Notes: generated by a model from the letters alone, not told the origin. A DNA stretch of 64,000 nucleotides from Bacteroidales bacterium (GCA_963678785.1 OY787449.1:3505495-3569494), one strand, 5' to 3'; positions 9,780 through 22,888 are shown, counted from the stretch's first letter. Translations and numbers: made by a program.

Positions 9780-9810
9780 TAAAAAAAAGCCTTGACTATC
9801 GTCAAGGCTT
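9780..9810 (-). terminator. Rho-independent terminator downstream of the thioredoxin genes
   Basis: The stem is AGCCTTGAC (9788-9796) / GTCAAGGCT (9801-9809) with a 4-nt loop. A run of 8 A on the plus strand gives a U-run on the minus transcript. Confidence 0.8.
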
Positions 9811-9835
9811 TTTGAATCGTTTAGAATTTATCTGG

Positions 9836-10210
9836 TTATTTAGCAGCTTTGGCTGTTTCCTTTTTTAAAAGAACTTCATCAATTGCTTGGATCAATGAAT
9901 CTTTAGGTAATGCACCTTGGGCCATTTGAGGTTGTCCGTCTTTGGGGCAAAATAGCATAGAAGGTATACTTCTGATTCCAAATGCACCTGATAATTCTTG
10001 CTCTGCTTCTGTGTCAACTTTATAGATGTTGATTTTACCCTCATATTCTTTTGAAAGTTCTTCAAGAATTGGAGCTACCATTTTACATGGTCCACACCAG
10101 TCTGCATAAAAATCTATGATACAAGGCAAATCGCCTTCGAATTTCCAATCTTTGTTTTCTTCGTAATTAAATACTTTATCTAAAAAAGTCTGTTTTGTTA
10201 AATGTTCCAT
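9836..10210 (-). CDS. trxA: Thioredoxin
   Basis: 124 aa with the canonical WCGPC active site (FYADWCGPCKMVAP). Confidence 0.85.
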   Translation of the reverse strand: MEHLTKQTFLDKVFNYEENKDWKFEGDLPCIIDFYADWCGPCKMVAPILEELSKEYEGKINIYKVDTEAEQELSGAFGIRSIPSMLFCPKDGQPQMAQGALPKDSLIQAIDEVLLKKETAKAAK

Positions 10211-10240
10211 TTTATTGTGATTTTTTAATTATTTTAAAAT

Positions 10241-10759
10241 TTACTTCTGACTTGCTGCATTTCCGCTTTGAGGAGTCGGCAACAAAAATTCTTTAATAAC
10301 TTGTTCGTAATAGTCTTTTGACATGGCACCGGTTTGCTTCATAGGTTGTCCTTCAGCAGGTACAAATAAAATTGCTGGTATACCACTTATCTGGAAAACA
10401 GAAGCCAATTTACGCTCTGTTTGAGTATCTATTTTATAAATTTTCAGTTTACCTTTATAGTCACCTGCCAATTCTTCCATAATTGGAGCAACCATTTTAC
10501 ATGGCTTACACCAATCAGCATAAAAGTCGATAATGCATGGCTCGCTACCTTTATAAACCCATTCTTGTGGATTGGCTTCAAAATCCCATACTTTTTCTTT
10601 AAAACTATCAAAAGTTAAATGTTCAGGGAGAATTTTTCCAGTCTCACTGGCATTAACTTCTGTGGTTATTTTTTCATTTCCATCTTCTTTGTTGGCTGAT
10701 GCACATCCAAAGGTTAGAAGACCGGCTACTAATAATATGATAAAATTGAAATTCTTCAT
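10241..10759 (-). CDS. Thioredoxin-fold lipoprotein (CKPC active site)
   Basis: 172 aa. It has a signal peptide with lipobox LLTFGC and the active-site sequence FYADWCKPCKMVAP. It is paralogous to the downstream trx. Confidence 0.75.
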   Translation of the reverse strand: MKNFNFIILLVAGLLTFGCASANKEDGNEKITTEVNASETGKILPEHLTFDSFKEKVWDFEANPQEWVYKGSEPCIIDFYADWCKPCKMVAPIMEELAGDYKGKLKIYKIDTQTERKLASVFQISGIPAILFVPAEGQPMKQTGAMSKDYYEQVIKEFLLPTPQSGNAASQK

Positions 10760-10901
10760 TCTTTTGGTTTTTAAATTTATGCAAATATATACATAATTAA
10801 TTATTAAATCGCATTAGTATCACTATTTTTTTTAATTTTGTCTCAATAACTATTCCAAAAAATGCCATTAATTACTTTTTGAGATACGTAACAATCAGAT
10901 A

Positions 10902-11315
10902 ATGAATATTATAATAAACGAATTAGATATAAGTCAGTTTAATGACAAATTTACCGATAATGACAAATGTTTGAAATATTTGGCAGATTTAAAGTGGCAG
11001 AATGGATTTAAATGCAGAAAATGCGGACATACAAACTATTGTAGTGGGAAAACTAAATTTTCAAGAAGATGCACCCGATGCAAGTCACAAGAATCTGCAA
11101 CAGCACATACCATTTTTCATCGATGTAAGATTGATTTGGTTGATGCTTTTAATATTGCATTTAATGTTTGTAAAGAGCCTGAAATTTCGACTTACGAATT
11201 GGCAAAGAAATTAGATCGAAGGCAAATGACTTGCTGGAAATTTAAAAAGAAAATTATGGATTGTATTGAACAAAAAGGAGAATTGAAACTCTTTGATGTG
11301 AATGATGTTTCTTAA
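10902..11315 (+). CDS. Stand-alone IS1595-type transposase N-terminal zinc-ribbon domain protein (no DDE domain)
   Basis: 137 aa. The pattern CLKYLADLKWQNGFKCRKCGH...RRCTRCKSQESATAHTIFHRCKIDL matches the Zn_Tnp_IS1595 arrangement (two CxxC pairs followed by T-x-T-I-F). No catalytic domain follows it. Confidence 0.55.
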   Translation: MNIIINELDISQFNDKFTDNDKCLKYLADLKWQNGFKCRKCGHTNYCSGKTKFSRRCTRCKSQESATAHTIFHRCKIDLVDAFNIAFNVCKEPEISTYELAKKLDRRQMTCWKFKKKIMDCIEQKGELKLFDVNDVS

Positions 11316-11377
11316 AAAGATAACCCTAAGAGGGTTTAAAAGCCTCCTAGGGTTATTTGCAATAATAAAATTAAAAA

Positions 11378-11399
11378 AGCTCTCAGATTTCTGAGAGCT
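11378..11399. terminator. Bidirectional rho-independent terminator
   Basis: The stem is AGCTCTCAG (11378-11386) / CTGAGAGCT (11391-11399). It is flanked by an A-run on the left and a T-run on the right, and sits between convergent genes. Confidence 0.8.
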
Positions 11400-11410
11400 T
11401 TTTTTGTGTG

Positions 11411-11728
11411 TTATGCCTGGGCTGTTGGTCCGCCAAAATTAATGGGTGGCATTCCTTCGCCCTGAACCGGTTCTTTAATAGATCCGTGTATCGCTTCAAA
11501 TTTAGAAATATTATCTTGAAGAGCCCTAAGCAGTCTTTTGGCATGTTGAGGCGTTAAAATAACCCTCGATTTTACTTTTGCTTTTGGAATGCCGGGCATC
11601 ATATTAATGAAATCAACAATAAACTCAGCATTTGAATGCGTTATCATGGCTAAGTTGGAATAAATTCCTTCAGCAACTTCTTCGCTTAATTCAATATTTA
11701 TTTGCTTTTGTTTTGTTGGATCACTCAT
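11411..11728 (-). CDS. DUF3467 domain protein
   Basis: 105 aa lying directly downstream of rpoC, as is typical in Bacteroidota. The sequence IELSEEVAEGIYSNLAMITHSNAEFIVDFI is characteristic. Confidence 0.7.
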   Translation of the reverse strand: MSDPTKQKQINIELSEEVAEGIYSNLAMITHSNAEFIVDFINMMPGIPKAKVKSRVILTPQHAKRLLRALQDNISKFEAIHGSIKEPVQGEGMPPINFGGPTAQA

Positions 11729-11746
11729 GATCTGATCATTTTAAAA

Positions 11747-14700
11747 TTAAACTTCTTCTTCTATTTCTTCTTTAGCAGCTGTGAGTGCTTCATATTCTTC
11801 CTTTGATCCGGTAATGATTCTATCGTAATCACGAAGACCAGTTCCGGCAGGTATTTTATGACCCACAATTACATTCTCTTTCAGTCCAAGTAAATGATCT
11901 GATTTGGCCATAATTGAAGCTTGTGTCAGAACTTTAGTTGTTTCCTGGAATGAGGCAGCTGAGATGAAACTATTGGTTTGCAGAGATGCACGTGTGATAC
12001 CCTGAAGTATTTGACGACCTGTTGCAGGTTGAGCTTCTCTTGATTCAATCAATTGTTTATCCTTACGTTTCAGCATTGAGTTTTCGTCTCTTAACTTACG
12101 AGCACTTACAATTTGACCCGCTTTAAAGTGTTCAGAATCTCCTGCTTCTTCGATTACTTTTTTGCCAAAGATTTCATCATTTTCATCCATGAAAGCAATT
12201 TTATTGACTAGTTCGCCTTCAAGGAATTTTGTATCACCCGGATCTGCAACTTCAACTTTACGCATCATTTGACGTACAATTACCTCAAAGTGCTTATCGT
12301 TGATTTTTACTCCCTGTAATCTATAAACCTCCTGAACTTCGTTCACGATATACTCCTGAACTTTCATAGGTCCTTTAATGGCAAGGATGTCTGCAGGTGT
12401 CATTACACCCTCTGATAATGGAGTTCCAGCTTTAACATAATCATTTTCCTGAGCCAGGATTTGTTTACTGGTTGAGATTAGATATTTTTTCTCTTCACCC
12501 GTTTTAGAAGTAATGATAACTTCACGATTACCACGTTTTAGTTTCTTACCGAATGACACAACACCATCAATCTCAGAAACAACTGCTGGGTCAGAAGGGT
12601 TACGAGCTTCAAATAACTCAGTAACTCTTGGCAGACCTCCCGTGATATCACCAGATTTTCCAATAGCTCTCGGAATTTTCACAAGAATCTCACCTGCTTT
12701 TACTTTATCACCTTCGTTGATGATAATGTGAGCTCCAACAGGAATATCATAAGATCTAATCTCGACACCATCTGAATTTAATACAGAAATATTTGGGTTT
12801 TTAGATTTTGATCTGGATTCAATTACAACTTTATCTTTATATCCGGTTTGCTCATCAGATTCAACACGGAAAGTTAGGCCTTCAACAATATTGTTGAACA
12901 CAACTTTACCATTTACCTCAGATAAAATAACAGCATTGTAAGGATCCCATGAACTAATTAAAGTACCTTTTTTAATTTCTGTTCCGGATTTAACCATTAA
13001 GGATGATCCATAAGGAATGTTGCCAGAAGTTAACACAATTTGAGTCTTCTTGTCAACAATACGCATTTCTGCAGATCGACCTACAACGATATCATATTTT
13101 TCGCCTTCAGTGTTGGTGTACTCTACTGATCTCAATTCATCTATTTCAAGAATACCATCAAATTTGGCTTCGATTTTTGAAAGAATAGCAACGTTTGAAG
13201 CAGTACCCCCAACGTGGAATGTACGAAGTGTTAACTGTGTACCCGGCTCTCCAATTGATTGAGCTGCAATTACTCCAACCGACTCACCTCGTTGAACCAT
13301 ACGGCCTGATGCGAGGTTACGTCCGTAACATTTTGCACAAACACCATGTTTTGACTCACAAGTTAATACCGATCTGATTTCAACAGCTTCGATTGGAGAT
13401 TCTTCGATCTCTTTGGCAATCTCTTCAGTGAGTTCTTCACCTGCTTTGATAATCAGTTTATCGGTAATTGGGTGATAAATGTCATGAACAGATGTTCTGC
13501 CAAGAATTTTATCATATAATGATTCAACAACTTCTTCACTTTTCTTTAAAGCCGTTGCAGTTAATCCACGTAAAGTTCCACAATCTTCGTCGGCAATGAT
13601 TACATCCTGTGCAACATCAACCAAACGACGAGTAAGGTAACCGGCATCAGCAGTCTTAAGTGCAGTATCCGCCAAACCTTTACGTGCACCGTGAGTAGAA
13701 ATAAAGTATTCAAGTACAGATAAACCTTCTTTAAAGTTTGAAAGAATTGGATTTTCAATAATCTCTCCGCCTGTAGCCCCAGATTTTTGTGGCTTGGCCA
13801 TCAATCCCCTCATTCCTGATAACTGACGAATCTGTTCTTTCGAACCCCTCGCACCAGAATCAAGCATCATATATACTGAGTTGAAACCTTGTTGATCTGT
13901 AGAGATCTGTTCCATCAAAGTATGGGTAAGCTGAGAGTTTGTATGTGTCCAGATGTCAATGATTTGGTTGTAGCGTTCGTTGTTGGTAATGAAACCCATA
14001 TTATAGTTGTTAACAACCTCGTCAACCTCGGCATTGGCATCTTTAACCAATTTTACTTTTTGTTCAGGGATTAATACATCACCTAAATTGAAAGATAACC
14101 CACCTTCAAATGCCATTGTAAAACCAAGATGTTTAATATCATCAAGGAATTTAGTAGCAACTGCAGTTCCTGTTTTACGAACAATATCTCCAATGATATC
14201 ACGCAAAGCTTTCTTTGTAAGTAATTGGTTGATATATCCGTATTCTTCAGGAACAACCTGGTTGAATAGAACTCTACCAACAGTAGTTTCAATCAATTTA
14301 TTCACTTTAACACCATTCTCAATGTCGTTGGTTTTAACAGTGATAACTGCGTGTAAGTCAACTTTGCCTTCGTTATAAGCAATAATAACTTCCTGCGGAG
14401 AATAGAACCTAAAACCTTCACCTAAAATTGGGTACTCTGGTGTGTCCTTTCTTCCTTTGGTCATATAATACAGACCCAAAACCATATCCTGAGAAGGAAC
14501 AGTAATAGGAGCTCCGTTAGCAGGGTTAAGGATGTTGTGAGAAGCAAGCATTAAGATTTGGGTTTCCAGAACTGCTGCATTTCCAAGAGGAACGTGAACA
14601 GCCATTTGGTCACCATCGAAATCCGCATTAAATGCTGTACATGCCAATGGGTGTAATTGTATCGCTTTACCTTCAATCAGCTGAGGCTGGAATGCTTGAA

Positions 14701-16042
14701 TACCCAAACGGTGAAGGGTAGGAGCACGGTTCAGCATAATAGGATGACCTTTTAAAATGTTTTCAAGGATGTCCCAAACAACAGGATCTTTCCTGTCAAC
14801 AATTTTCTTCGCTGATTTCACGGTTTTAACAATTCCTCTTTCTAGCATTTTACGAATGATAAAAGGCTTGAATAATTCAGAAGCCATATCTTTCGGAATA
14901 CCACACTCATTAAGTTTCAGGTTAGGTCCAACCACAATTACTGAACGGCCTGAATAATCAACACGTTTACCCAATAAGTTCTGACGGAAACGTCCTTGTT
15001 TACCTTTTAAACTGTCGCTTAATGATTTTAGAGCTCTGTTTGATTCAGTTTTTACTGAATTTGCTTTACGTGAATTGTCAAATAATGAATCAACAGCTTC
15101 CTGTAACATACGTTTTTCATTACGCATAATTACATCAGGAGCTTTGATTTCAATTAATCTTTTTAATCGGTTATTACGAATAATAACACGACGATATAAG
15201 TCATTTAAATCAGAAGTTGCAAAACGACCACCATCAAGAGGAACCAATGGACGTAATTCTGGTGGAATCACCGGAACAACTTTAACAATCATCCATTCAG
15301 GTCTGTTCTCGATTCTGTTTCTTGCATCTCTAAATGCTTCATAAACCTGAAGACGTTTTAGAGCTTCTGCTTTTCTTTGTTGAGATGTTTCGGTATTTGC
15401 TTTATGACGAAGATCGAATGACATTTGATCTAAATCTAATCTTGCCAATAAATCATGGATGGCTTCGGCACCCATTTTAGCAATAAATTTATCCGGATCA
15501 GTATCATCTAGATATTGATTTTCTGCCGGAAGATTCTCCATAATGTCGAAGTATTCTTCTTCTGTAAGGAAATCAAGATATTTTACATCTTCGGCTGCTT
15601 TGATACCAGGATTGATGACAATATATCGTTCGTAATATATAATCATATCCAACTTTTTGGTTTGTAATCCAAGCAATGCACCAATTTTGTTAGGTAATGA
15701 TCGGAAAAACCAAATATGTGCTACAGGTACAACCAGTTGAATGTGTCCGATTCGTTCGCGTCTTACCTTTTTCTCGGTAACTTCAACTCCACAGCGGTCA
15801 CAAACAATACCTTTATAGCGAATTCTTTTATATTTACCACAATGACATTCCCAATCCTTCACAGGGCCAAAAATTCTTTCGCAGAACAGGCCGTCACGTT
15901 CAGGTTTATAGGTACGATAGTTAATGGTTTCCGGTTTCAGAACTTCACCACTTGATTTTTCAAGAATTGCTTCAGGTGAAGCAAGACTAATTGTCATTTT
16001 GGAGAAGGTCTTCGGTCCAGTATTTTCTTTTCGAAAAGCCAT
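11747..16042 (-). CDS. rpoC: DNA-directed RNA polymerase subunit beta'
   Basis: 1431 aa with the NADFDGDQM catalytic motif and a zinc-binding CHCGKY...CDRCGVEV. Confidence 0.98.
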   Translation of the reverse strand: MAFRKENTGPKTFSKMTISLASPEAILEKSSGEVLKPETINYRTYKPERDGLFCERIFGPVKDWECHCGKYKRIRYKGIVCDRCGVEVTEKKVRRERIGHIQLVVPVAHIWFFRSLPNKIGALLGLQTKKLDMIIYYERYIVINPGIKAAEDVKYLDFLTEEEYFDIMENLPAENQYLDDTDPDKFIAKMGAEAIHDLLARLDLDQMSFDLRHKANTETSQQRKAEALKRLQVYEAFRDARNRIENRPEWMIVKVVPVIPPELRPLVPLDGGRFATSDLNDLYRRVIIRNNRLKRLIEIKAPDVIMRNEKRMLQEAVDSLFDNSRKANSVKTESNRALKSLSDSLKGKQGRFRQNLLGKRVDYSGRSVIVVGPNLKLNECGIPKDMASELFKPFIIRKMLERGIVKTVKSAKKIVDRKDPVVWDILENILKGHPIMLNRAPTLHRLGIQAFQPQLIEGKAIQLHPLACTAFNADFDGDQMAVHVPLGNAAVLETQILMLASHNILNPANGAPITVPSQDMVLGLYYMTKGRKDTPEYPILGEGFRFYSPQEVIIAYNEGKVDLHAVITVKTNDIENGVKVNKLIETTVGRVLFNQVVPEEYGYINQLLTKKALRDIIGDIVRKTGTAVATKFLDDIKHLGFTMAFEGGLSFNLGDVLIPEQKVKLVKDANAEVDEVVNNYNMGFITNNERYNQIIDIWTHTNSQLTHTLMEQISTDQQGFNSVYMMLDSGARGSKEQIRQLSGMRGLMAKPQKSGATGGEIIENPILSNFKEGLSVLEYFISTHGARKGLADTALKTADAGYLTRRLVDVAQDVIIADEDCGTLRGLTATALKKSEEVVESLYDKILGRTSVHDIYHPITDKLIIKAGEELTEEIAKEIEESPIEAVEIRSVLTCESKHGVCAKCYGRNLASGRMVQRGESVGVIAAQSIGEPGTQLTLRTFHVGGTASNVAILSKIEAKFDGILEIDELRSVEYTNTEGEKYDIVVGRSAEMRIVDKKTQIVLTSGNIPYGSSLMVKSGTEIKKGTLISSWDPYNAVILSEVNGKVVFNNIVEGLTFRVESDEQTGYKDKVVIESRSKSKNPNISVLNSDGVEIRSYDIPVGAHIIINEGDKVKAGEILVKIPRAIGKSGDITGGLPRVTELFEARNPSDPAVVSEIDGVVSFGKKLKRGNREVIITSKTGEEKKYLISTSKQILAQENDYVKAGTPLSEGVMTPADILAIKGPMKVQEYIVNEVQEVYRLQGVKINDKHFEVIVRQMMRKVEVADPGDTKFLEGELVNKIAFMDENDEIFGKKVIEEAGDSEHFKAGQIVSARKLRDENSMLKRKDKQLIESREAQPATGRQILQGITRASLQTNSFISAASFQETTKVLTQASIMAKSDHLLGLKENVIVGHKIPAGTGLRDYDRIITGSKEEYEALTAAKEEIEEEV

Positions 16043-16122
16043 ATGTTGATTTTAATTGAATTTGTAAAGAACAAAAAATGATGCGTAAGCGAATATGAAT
16101 ATAAACGCTTACGCTTAATGTT

Positions 16123-19100
16123 TTAATCAAAAGTTACGTTTAAGCCTAAGCCTTGTAGTTCGTGAACCAATACATTAAAGGATTCGGGCAAGCCAGGTGT
16201 TGGCATGTTTTCACCTTTAACAATGGTTTCGTAAGCTTTAGCTCTACCGATTACATCATCTGATTTAACCGTTAGAATTTCCTGAAGTACATTGGCCGCA
16301 CCAAATGCTTCAAGTGCCCAAACCTCCATCTCACCAAAACGCTGTCCACCAAACTGAGCTTTACCACCCAAAGGTTGCTGCGTAATTAATGAGTAAGGTC
16401 CAATTGAACGAGCGTGCATTTTATCATCAACCATATGGTGAAGTTTCAGCATATAGATGTAACCAACCGTTGCAGGCTGATCAAATCGTTTACCAGTTCC
16501 ACCATCATGCAGATAAACCCGACCATTTTCTGGTAAGTCATTATCTGTTAAATGTTTATTTATTTGGTCAATGCTTGCACCGTCGAAAATAGGCGTAGAA
16601 AATTTAACACCCATTTTTTTACCTGCCCAACCGAGTACAGTTTCATAAATCTGTCCAAGGTTCATACGAGAAGGTACACCCAATGGATTCAATACGATGT
16701 CTACAGGAGTTCCATCTTCGAGGAATGGCATATCTTCTTCACGTACAATTTTCGCAACGATACCCTTATTACCATGACGACCAGCCATTTTATCACCAAC
16801 TTTAAGTTTACGTTTTTTAGCTACATAAACTTTAGCCATTTGAATGATACCATTTGGAAGGTCATCTCCAACTGTTGCTACGAATTTTTTACGGTTGAAT
16901 ATACCGAGTAACTCTTTGTGTTTTATATTATAATTATTGATGAGTGCTTTAATTAACTCATTCTTGTCTTTATCAGTAGTCCATTTATTTGGATTGATAT
17001 TAGAATAGTCAACAGCAACCAATAATTTTTGAGTGAATTTTGATTTCTTAGGAATGATTTCCTCTTTGAAATTATTGTATACACCCTGAGAAGTTTTTCC
17101 ACTAACAAGAATACTTAATTTTTCAACAAGCTTGTCTTTCAACTCAGCTGCATCTCTTAAGTGCTCATCTTCTAAAGCCTGAATAATTTCTTTTTCACGA
17201 ACTTTAGATTTTCTGTCCTTAATTACTCTGGAGAATAACTTCTTGTTTACAACAACACCTTTCATTGATGGTGGTGCTTTAAGCGATGCATTTTTAACAT
17301 CACCAGCTTTATCACCAAAAATAGCACGTAAAAGTTTCTCTTCCGGAGTTGGATCACTTTCTCCTTTAGGAGTAATTTTTCCAATCAGAATGTCACCTTC
17401 GTTTACTTCAGCACCGATTCTAATCAATCCGTTTTCGTCAAGATCTTTTGTTGCTTCAGCACTTACGTTAGGAATATCGTTGGTCAATTCTTCGATTCCG
17501 CGTTTTGTATCTCTTACTTCCAGAGTAAACTCTTCAATATGAACAGATGTAAAGATGTCCTCTTTAACAACACGTTCAGAGATTACAATTGCATCCTCGA
17601 AATTATAACCTTTCCAAGGCATAAACGCTACCATTAGGTTTCTTCCTAAAGCCAATTCACCTTTTTGGGTTGCATAACCTTCGCAAAGAACCATTCCTTT
17701 ATGCACTTTATCACCTTTACGAACAATAGGTCGTAAGTTGATACTTGTATTTTGATTGGTACGGGTAAACTTGGTCAATGTATAAGTTTTTAAATCATCT
17801 TCAAAACTTACCAATCGATCTGTATCAGTTCGCTCGTATCTAATCTTAATGGTGTCAGCATCAACATACTCAACAGTTCCGTCTCCCTCGGCATTAATTA
17901 ATACCCTTGAGTCTCTAACCACTTGAGCTTCAATTCCTGTTCCAACAATCGGGCTTTCTGCATTCAATAATGGAACTGCTTGACGCATCATGTTTGATCC
18001 CATCAAAGCACGGTTTGCATCATCATGTTCCAGGAATGGAATCAATGAGGCCGCAATCGATGCAATTTGATTAGGGGCAATGTCAATAAGGTCAACTTTT
18101 TCTTTCTCAATAATTGGGTAATCAGCCAAAAATCGGGCTTTTACTTTGTCTCTCTGGAAAGTTTGACCATCTTCTTTAAGTATGGTACTCGCTTGTGCGA
18201 TTATCTTCTTTTCTTCCTCTTCGGCACTTAAATAAATGGGATCAACACCACTCTCAATTTTACCTTCAATTACATTCCGGTAGGGAGTTTCAATGAATCC
18301 AAGTTTATTAATTTTTGCAAATACACAAAGTGAAGAAATCAATCCAATGTTAGGACCCTCAGGAGTTTCGATTGTACATAATCGGCCGTAGTGTGTATAG
18401 TGAACATCACGAACCTCGAAACCTGCACGTTCACGTGATAAACCACCTGGACCTAATGCAGATACACGACGTTTGTGTGTAACTTCAGACAAAGGATTCG
18501 TTTGATCCATGAACTGCGATAACTGATTCGTTCCGAAAAACGAATTAATTACAGAGGATAATGTTTTTGCGTTAATCAGATCAGTTGGAGTGAAAACTTC
18601 GTTATCACGAACGTTCATTCTCTCACGGATGGTACGGGCCATACGGGCCAGTCCAACACCAAATTGAGAGTACAATTGTTCACCAACTGTTCTAACTCTA
18701 CGATTACTTAAGTGGTCGATGTCATCAACATCAGCTTTTGCATTGATCAGGTTGATCAAATACTTAATGATTGAAATGATATCTTCCTTGGTTAAAACTT
18801 TCGTTTCGGCAGGAGTATCAATATTCAATTTTTTATTGATTCGATAACGTCCAACATCACCTAAATCGTAACGCTTGTCAGAGAAGAATAACTTATCGAT
18901 GATACCTCTGGCAGTTTCTTCGTCAGGAGGTTCAGCGTTACGTAACTGTCGATAGATAAATTCAACAGCTTCTTTTTCTGAGTTTGCAGTATCTTTTTGT
19001 AGGGTGTTAAAAATAATGCTGTAATCAGAAGCATTCACATCGTCTTTATGGATCAGAATTGTTTTAATTCCTGCATCCACAATTAATTCAATGTGTTTGG

Positions 19101-19929
19101 TTTCTAATTCAGTTTCTCTATCAATAATGACTTCAGTTCTTTCAATAGAAACAACTTCACCAGTATCTTCATCCACAAAATCTTCAATCCATGATCTAAG
19201 AACTCGGGCTGCAAGTTTACGACCAACAACTCTTTTCAATCCGGCTTTACTAACTTTAACAGTTTCGGCCAAATTAAAAATTTCAAGAATGTCTTTGTCA
19301 CTCTCAAATCCAATTGCTCTTAATAATGTAGTAACCGGTAATTTCTTTTTACGGTCGATGTAAGCATACATCACATTATTAATATCAGTTGTAAATTCCA
19401 TCCACGATCCTTTAAAAGGAATGATTCGCGCTGAAAATAATTGTGATCCGTTTGCGTGATAATTGGTTCCGAAGAAAACACCGGGTGAACGGTGCAATTG
19501 AGAAACAACAACTCTTTCAGCTCCATTTACAACAAAAGTACCTTTGGGAGTCATATAAGGAATCATCCCAAGATATACATCTTGTATGATGGTCTCGAAA
19601 TCCTCATGATCGGGATCGGTACAATAAAGCTTAAGTTTTGCTTTGAGGGGTACACTATGTGTCAGGCCTCTCTCAATACATTCTTCAATTGAATACCTGG
19701 GAGGATCAACAAAATAATCCAGGAATTCAAGAACAAAATTATTTCTAGCATCTGTGATGGGGAAGTTTTCTGCGAAAACTTTATACAGACCCTCATTAAT
19801 ACGATTTTCAGGATTTGTTTCCAACTGGAAAAAATCCTGAAAAGATTTTAATTGAATATCCAGAAAATCAGGGTATTCGGTCTGAATTCGTGTAGATGCG
19901 AAGTTTACTCTTTCAGTTTTGATTGCCAA
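16123..19929 (-). CDS. rpoB: DNA-directed RNA polymerase subunit beta
   Basis: 1268 aa with conserved blocks such as [18 protein letters not shown] and GRHGNKG. Confidence 0.98.
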   Translation of the reverse strand: MAIKTERVNFASTRIQTEYPDFLDIQLKSFQDFFQLETNPENRINEGLYKVFAENFPITDARNNFVLEFLDYFVDPPRYSIEECIERGLTHSVPLKAKLKLYCTDPDHEDFETIIQDVYLGMIPYMTPKGTFVVNGAERVVVSQLHRSPGVFFGTNYHANGSQLFSARIIPFKGSWMEFTTDINNVMYAYIDRKKKLPVTTLLRAIGFESDKDILEIFNLAETVKVSKAGLKRVVGRKLAARVLRSWIEDFVDEDTGEVVSIERTEVIIDRETELETKHIELIVDAGIKTILIHKDDVNASDYSIIFNTLQKDTANSEKEAVEFIYRQLRNAEPPDEETARGIIDKLFFSDKRYDLGDVGRYRINKKLNIDTPAETKVLTKEDIISIIKYLINLINAKADVDDIDHLSNRRVRTVGEQLYSQFGVGLARMARTIRERMNVRDNEVFTPTDLINAKTLSSVINSFFGTNQLSQFMDQTNPLSEVTHKRRVSALGPGGLSRERAGFEVRDVHYTHYGRLCTIETPEGPNIGLISSLCVFAKINKLGFIETPYRNVIEGKIESGVDPIYLSAEEEEKKIIAQASTILKEDGQTFQRDKVKARFLADYPIIEKEKVDLIDIAPNQIASIAASLIPFLEHDDANRALMGSNMMRQAVPLLNAESPIVGTGIEAQVVRDSRVLINAEGDGTVEYVDADTIKIRYERTDTDRLVSFEDDLKTYTLTKFTRTNQNTSINLRPIVRKGDKVHKGMVLCEGYATQKGELALGRNLMVAFMPWKGYNFEDAIVISERVVKEDIFTSVHIEEFTLEVRDTKRGIEELTNDIPNVSAEATKDLDENGLIRIGAEVNEGDILIGKITPKGESDPTPEEKLLRAIFGDKAGDVKNASLKAPPSMKGVVVNKKLFSRVIKDRKSKVREKEIIQALEDEHLRDAAELKDKLVEKLSILVSGKTSQGVYNNFKEEIIPKKSKFTQKLLVAVDYSNINPNKWTTDKDKNELIKALINNYNIKHKELLGIFNRKKFVATVGDDLPNGIIQMAKVYVAKKRKLKVGDKMAGRHGNKGIVAKIVREEDMPFLEDGTPVDIVLNPLGVPSRMNLGQIYETVLGWAGKKMGVKFSTPIFDGASIDQINKHLTDNDLPENGRVYLHDGGTGKRFDQPATVGYIYMLKLHHMVDDKMHARSIGPYSLITQQPLGGKAQFGGQRFGEMEVWALEAFGAANVLQEILTVKSDDVIGRAKAYETIVKGENMPTPGLPESFNVLVHELQGLGLNVTFD

Positions 19930-19943
19930 GGTTTTAAAGTTTT

Positions 19944-19962
19944 AGCCCGCCATGGGCGGGCT
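19944..19962 (-). promoter_or_regulatory. GC-rich hairpin in the rplL-rpoB spacer (attenuator-like)
   Basis: The stem is AGCCCGCC (19944-19951) / GGCGGGCT (19955-19962), 8 bp with a 3-nt loop, 15 nt upstream of the rpoB start. It is a strikingly GC-rich element in AT-rich DNA. Confidence 0.55.
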
Positions 19963-20067
19963 GGTTAGTAGTCCATTTTATTACCAAAATCCAGAAGCAG
20001 ACTCTTTATCAACTAATAAATTAGAAGATAGCCTCGTTCTCTCTACTTAGTAAATAATATTAACTAC

Positions 20068-20442
20068 TTACTTAACTTCTACCTCTGCGCCAGCTTCTTC
20101 TAATTGAGTTTTTAGAGCTTCAGCTTCGTCTTTAGTAACACCTTCTTTGATTGCTTTTGGTGCTGAATCAACTAATTCTTTTGATTCTTTAAGACCTAAA
20201 CTTGTAAGTTCTTTTACCAATTTAACTACTGCTAGTTTTGATTGTCCTGCTGCGGTAAGAATAACGTCAAATGCTGTTTGTTCTTCAGCTGCTTCTTCAC
20301 CACCTGCTGCTGGACCTGCTACTGCAACTGCTGCTGCTGCAGGTTCGATTCCATATTCTTCTTTAAGGATACCTGCTAATTCATTAACTTCTTTTACTGT
20401 TAAGTTAACCAATTGTTCTGCAAAAGCTTTTAAATCTGCCAT
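20068..20442 (-). CDS. rplL: 50S ribosomal protein L7/L12
   Basis: 124 aa with an Ala-rich hinge and a C-terminal [41 protein letters not shown]. Confidence 0.97.
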   Translation of the reverse strand: MADLKAFAEQLVNLTVKEVNELAGILKEEYGIEPAAAAVAVAGPAAGGEEAAEEQTAFDVILTAAGQSKLAVVKLVKELTSLGLKESKELVDSAPKAIKEGVTKDEAEALKTQLEEAGAEVEVK

Positions 20443-20498
20443 TTTATTTTTGTTTTAATTGTTTTAAAAATAATAATCTTTAATGTTTTTTTTACCTG

Positions 20499-21020
20499 TT
20501 ATTCAGGTTTTTCTGATAATGTTTTAATTACACCGGATAAAGTTTGACCACCTGAAGATAATGCTGAAATAACATTTTTTGCAGGAGATTGAAGTAATCC
20601 AATGATGTCACCAATGAGTTCATTTTTAGATTTAATACTAACTAAGAAATCAAGCTGCTCGTCGCCAGTATAGGTCATCTCTTCGATGTATGCACCTTTT
20701 AATACAGGACGATCACTTTTCTTTCTGAACTCTTTTATTAGTTTAGCCGGTGCATTACCTGCTTCGGCGAACATTAATGATGTAGATCCTTTAAGAACGT
20801 CATAAAGAGGTTCTAATTCTTTGTCGGCTTTTTCCATTGCTATTTTGAGCAATGTGTTCTTAACCATTCTCAGTTCAATATCTCGTTTGAAACACATACT
20901 CCTCAATAAGGTAGTATTTTCGGAGTCGAGATCTGAAATATCAGCTAAATAAATATAACTGCTGTTATTCAAATCTTGTGTTAAGGACTCGATAAATTGA
21001 TTTTTTTCTTCTCTTGTCAT
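20499..21020 (-). CDS. rplJ: 50S ribosomal protein L10
   Basis: 173 aa, located between rplA and rplL, with typical L10 sequence. Confidence 0.95.
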   Translation of the reverse strand: MTREEKNQFIESLTQDLNNSSYIYLADISDLDSENTTLLRSMCFKRDIELRMVKNTLLKIAMEKADKELEPLYDVLKGSTSLMFAEAGNAPAKLIKEFRKKSDRPVLKGAYIEEMTYTGDEQLDFLVSIKSKNELIGDIIGLLQSPAKNVISALSSGGQTLSGVIKTLSEKPE

Positions 21021-21047
21021 AACTAAAAAATTCTATTTACCAGACAA

Positions 21048-21743
21048 TTATATTGCTGTTGATTTTGGTTCGACTTGTACACCAGGACTCATTGTACTGG
21101 ATATATAGATACTTTTAACGTAAGTACCTTTTGCGGATGATGGTTTTAATTTGATGATGGTGTTGATGAATTCTTTAGAATTATCCAACAGTTGCTCATT
21201 GTTAAATGAAACCTTACCAATTGCAGCGTGAATAATACCAAATTTATCAACTTTAAAATCAATTTTACCAGCTTTTACCTCTTGTACAGCTTTTCCAACT
21301 TCCATAGTAACAGTACCTGTTTTAGGATTTGGCATCAAGCCACGAGGTCCAAGAATACGTCCTAAAGCACCAACCTTAGCCATTACGCTGGGCATGGTGA
21401 TTACAACGTCAACATCAGTCCATCCACCTTTAATTTTAGTAATATACTCGTCAAGACCGTAATAATCAGCGCCAGCAGCTTTAGCTTCTTCTTCCTTATC
21501 AGGAGTACAAAGCACCAAAACGCGAACTGATTTACCTGTACCGTGAGGCAAGGTAACAATTCCTCTAACCATTTGGTTTGCTTTTCTTGGATCAACTCCA
21601 AGTCGTACATCTACATCCACAGATGCATCGAATTTAGTATAGGTCATTTCCTTTACAATTTCGATAGCTTTATCCAGATTATAGATTTCTTCCGGGTTGT
21701 ATTTTGCTATTGCTTCTTTTCTATTTTTTCTAACTTTAGTCAT
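21048..21743 (-). CDS. rplA: 50S ribosomal protein L1
   Basis: 231 aa containing [11 protein letters not shown] and [15 protein letters not shown] motifs. Confidence 0.97.
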   Translation of the reverse strand: MTKVRKNRKEAIAKYNPEEIYNLDKAIEIVKEMTYTKFDASVDVDVRLGVDPRKANQMVRGIVTLPHGTGKSVRVLVLCTPDKEEEAKAAGADYYGLDEYITKIKGGWTDVDVVITMPSVMAKVGALGRILGPRGLMPNPKTGTVTMEVGKAVQEVKAGKIDFKVDKFGIIHAAIGKVSFNNEQLLDNSKEFINTIIKLKPSSAKGTYVKSIYISSTMSPGVQVEPKSTAI

Positions 21744-21793
21744 TTGCTAATTGCTTAAATAATTATTGACTAATAATCTAAATGCAACTGCAT

Positions 21794-22240
21794 CTAGTTT
21801 TTAGCAAAAGGCGCTTGTCCTTTTATTTTTACACCCATACTGCGTGCAGTACCTGCTACCATTTTCATTGCTGATTCAACTGTAAAAGCATTCATATCAA
21901 CCATTTTACCTTCCGCAATTGCTGATACCTGATCCCAGGTAATTGTAGCAACTTTGGTTCGGTTTGATTCAGGTGAACCTTTTTTAAGTTTTGCAGCTTC
22001 CAAAATCTGTACGGCTACAGGAGGTGTTTTGATAATAAAATCAAAGGACTTATCTTTATACACCGTAATAATCACAGGGATAATTTTACCAGCCTGCTCT
22101 TGAGTACGGGCATTAAATTGCTTGCAAAATTCCATGATATTCACCCCTTTAGCTCCTAATGCAGGACCTACTGGAGGAGAAGGATTTGCAGCACCACCTC
22201 TAATTTGTAGTTTAATTAATCCGCTAACTTCTTTTGCCAT
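21794..22240 (-). CDS. rplK: 50S ribosomal protein L11
   Basis: 148 aa containing [22 protein letters not shown]. Confidence 0.97.
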   Translation of the reverse strand: MAKEVSGLIKLQIRGGAANPSPPVGPALGAKGVNIMEFCKQFNARTQEQAGKIIPVIITVYKDKSFDFIIKTPPVAVQILEAAKLKKGSPESNRTKVATITWDQVSAIAEGKMVDMNAFTVESAMKMVAGTARSMGVKIKGQAPFAKN

Positions 22241-22288
22241 TTTGTTTTAAACTTATTGAGTTTATAATTTGGGCTAAATATTTGATAT

Positions 22289-22831
22289 TTATTCCTTTTC
22301 AACTTGCATGAAGCCAAGTTCCAGTGGCGTTTTTCTTCCGAAAATTTTCACCATCACTTTTAACTTCTTCTTCTCTTCATTGATTTCTTCAATGATTCCA
22401 CTAAAACTATTAAAAGGACCATCAATAACAGTTACCGACTCACCAACAATGTAAGGAATGTTAACTTCTTCACCTTGTTCTGCTAATTCATCAACCTTAC
22501 CGAGTATTCTGTTAACTTCGGATGGGCGAATTGGATCCGGTTCACCTTTCGTCCCAAGAAATCCCAATACATTTGGTATGTTTTTAACAATGTGAGGAAC
22601 TTCTCCAACTAAAACAGCTTCGATTAGAACGTAACCAGGAAAATAGTTTCTTTCTTTGCTGATCTTTTTTCCCTTTCTAACCTGATAAACTTTTTCGGTT
22701 GGAATCAGTACTTGCGATATGTATTCATTTAAGTTCAGTCGACTAATCTCACTCTCAAGGTACTCTTTTACCTTTTTCTCTTTTCCGCTAATCGCCCGAA
22801 CAACATACCATTTTTTAACTTGTTCGCTCAT
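22289..22831 (-). CDS. nusG: Transcription termination/antitermination factor NusG
   Basis: 180 aa. It has the N-terminal [14 protein letters not shown] and a KOW region, and sits between secE and rplK. Confidence 0.95.
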   Translation of the reverse strand: MSEQVKKWYVVRAISGKEKKVKEYLESEISRLNLNEYISQVLIPTEKVYQVRKGKKISKERNYFPGYVLIEAVLVGEVPHIVKNIPNVLGFLGTKGEPDPIRPSEVNRILGKVDELAEQGEEVNIPYIVGESVTVIDGPFNSFSGIIEEINEEKKKLKVMVKIFGRKTPLELGFMQVEKE

Positions 22832-22888
22832 ACTAATTCTGGAGTTATTATTGAATTATTATCAAATAAAATATTAGACATACAATGA

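Noticed and set aside
9836-10759. The tandem thioredoxins (CGPC cytoplasmic type and CKPC lipoprotein type) might be an unusual redox pair.
   Set aside because: As far as I know, periplasmic or lipoprotein thioredoxin-fold proteins with variant CxxC motifs next to trxA are common in Bacteroidota. The pair is noted in the features only.
11747-19929. Many plus-strand ORFs of 60-123 aa lie inside rpoB and rpoC (for example 14007-14378, 16552-16911, 17243-17542).
   Set aside because: They are antisense to highly conserved, unquestionably coding genes. Their translations are low-complexity, which makes them typical shadow ORFs.
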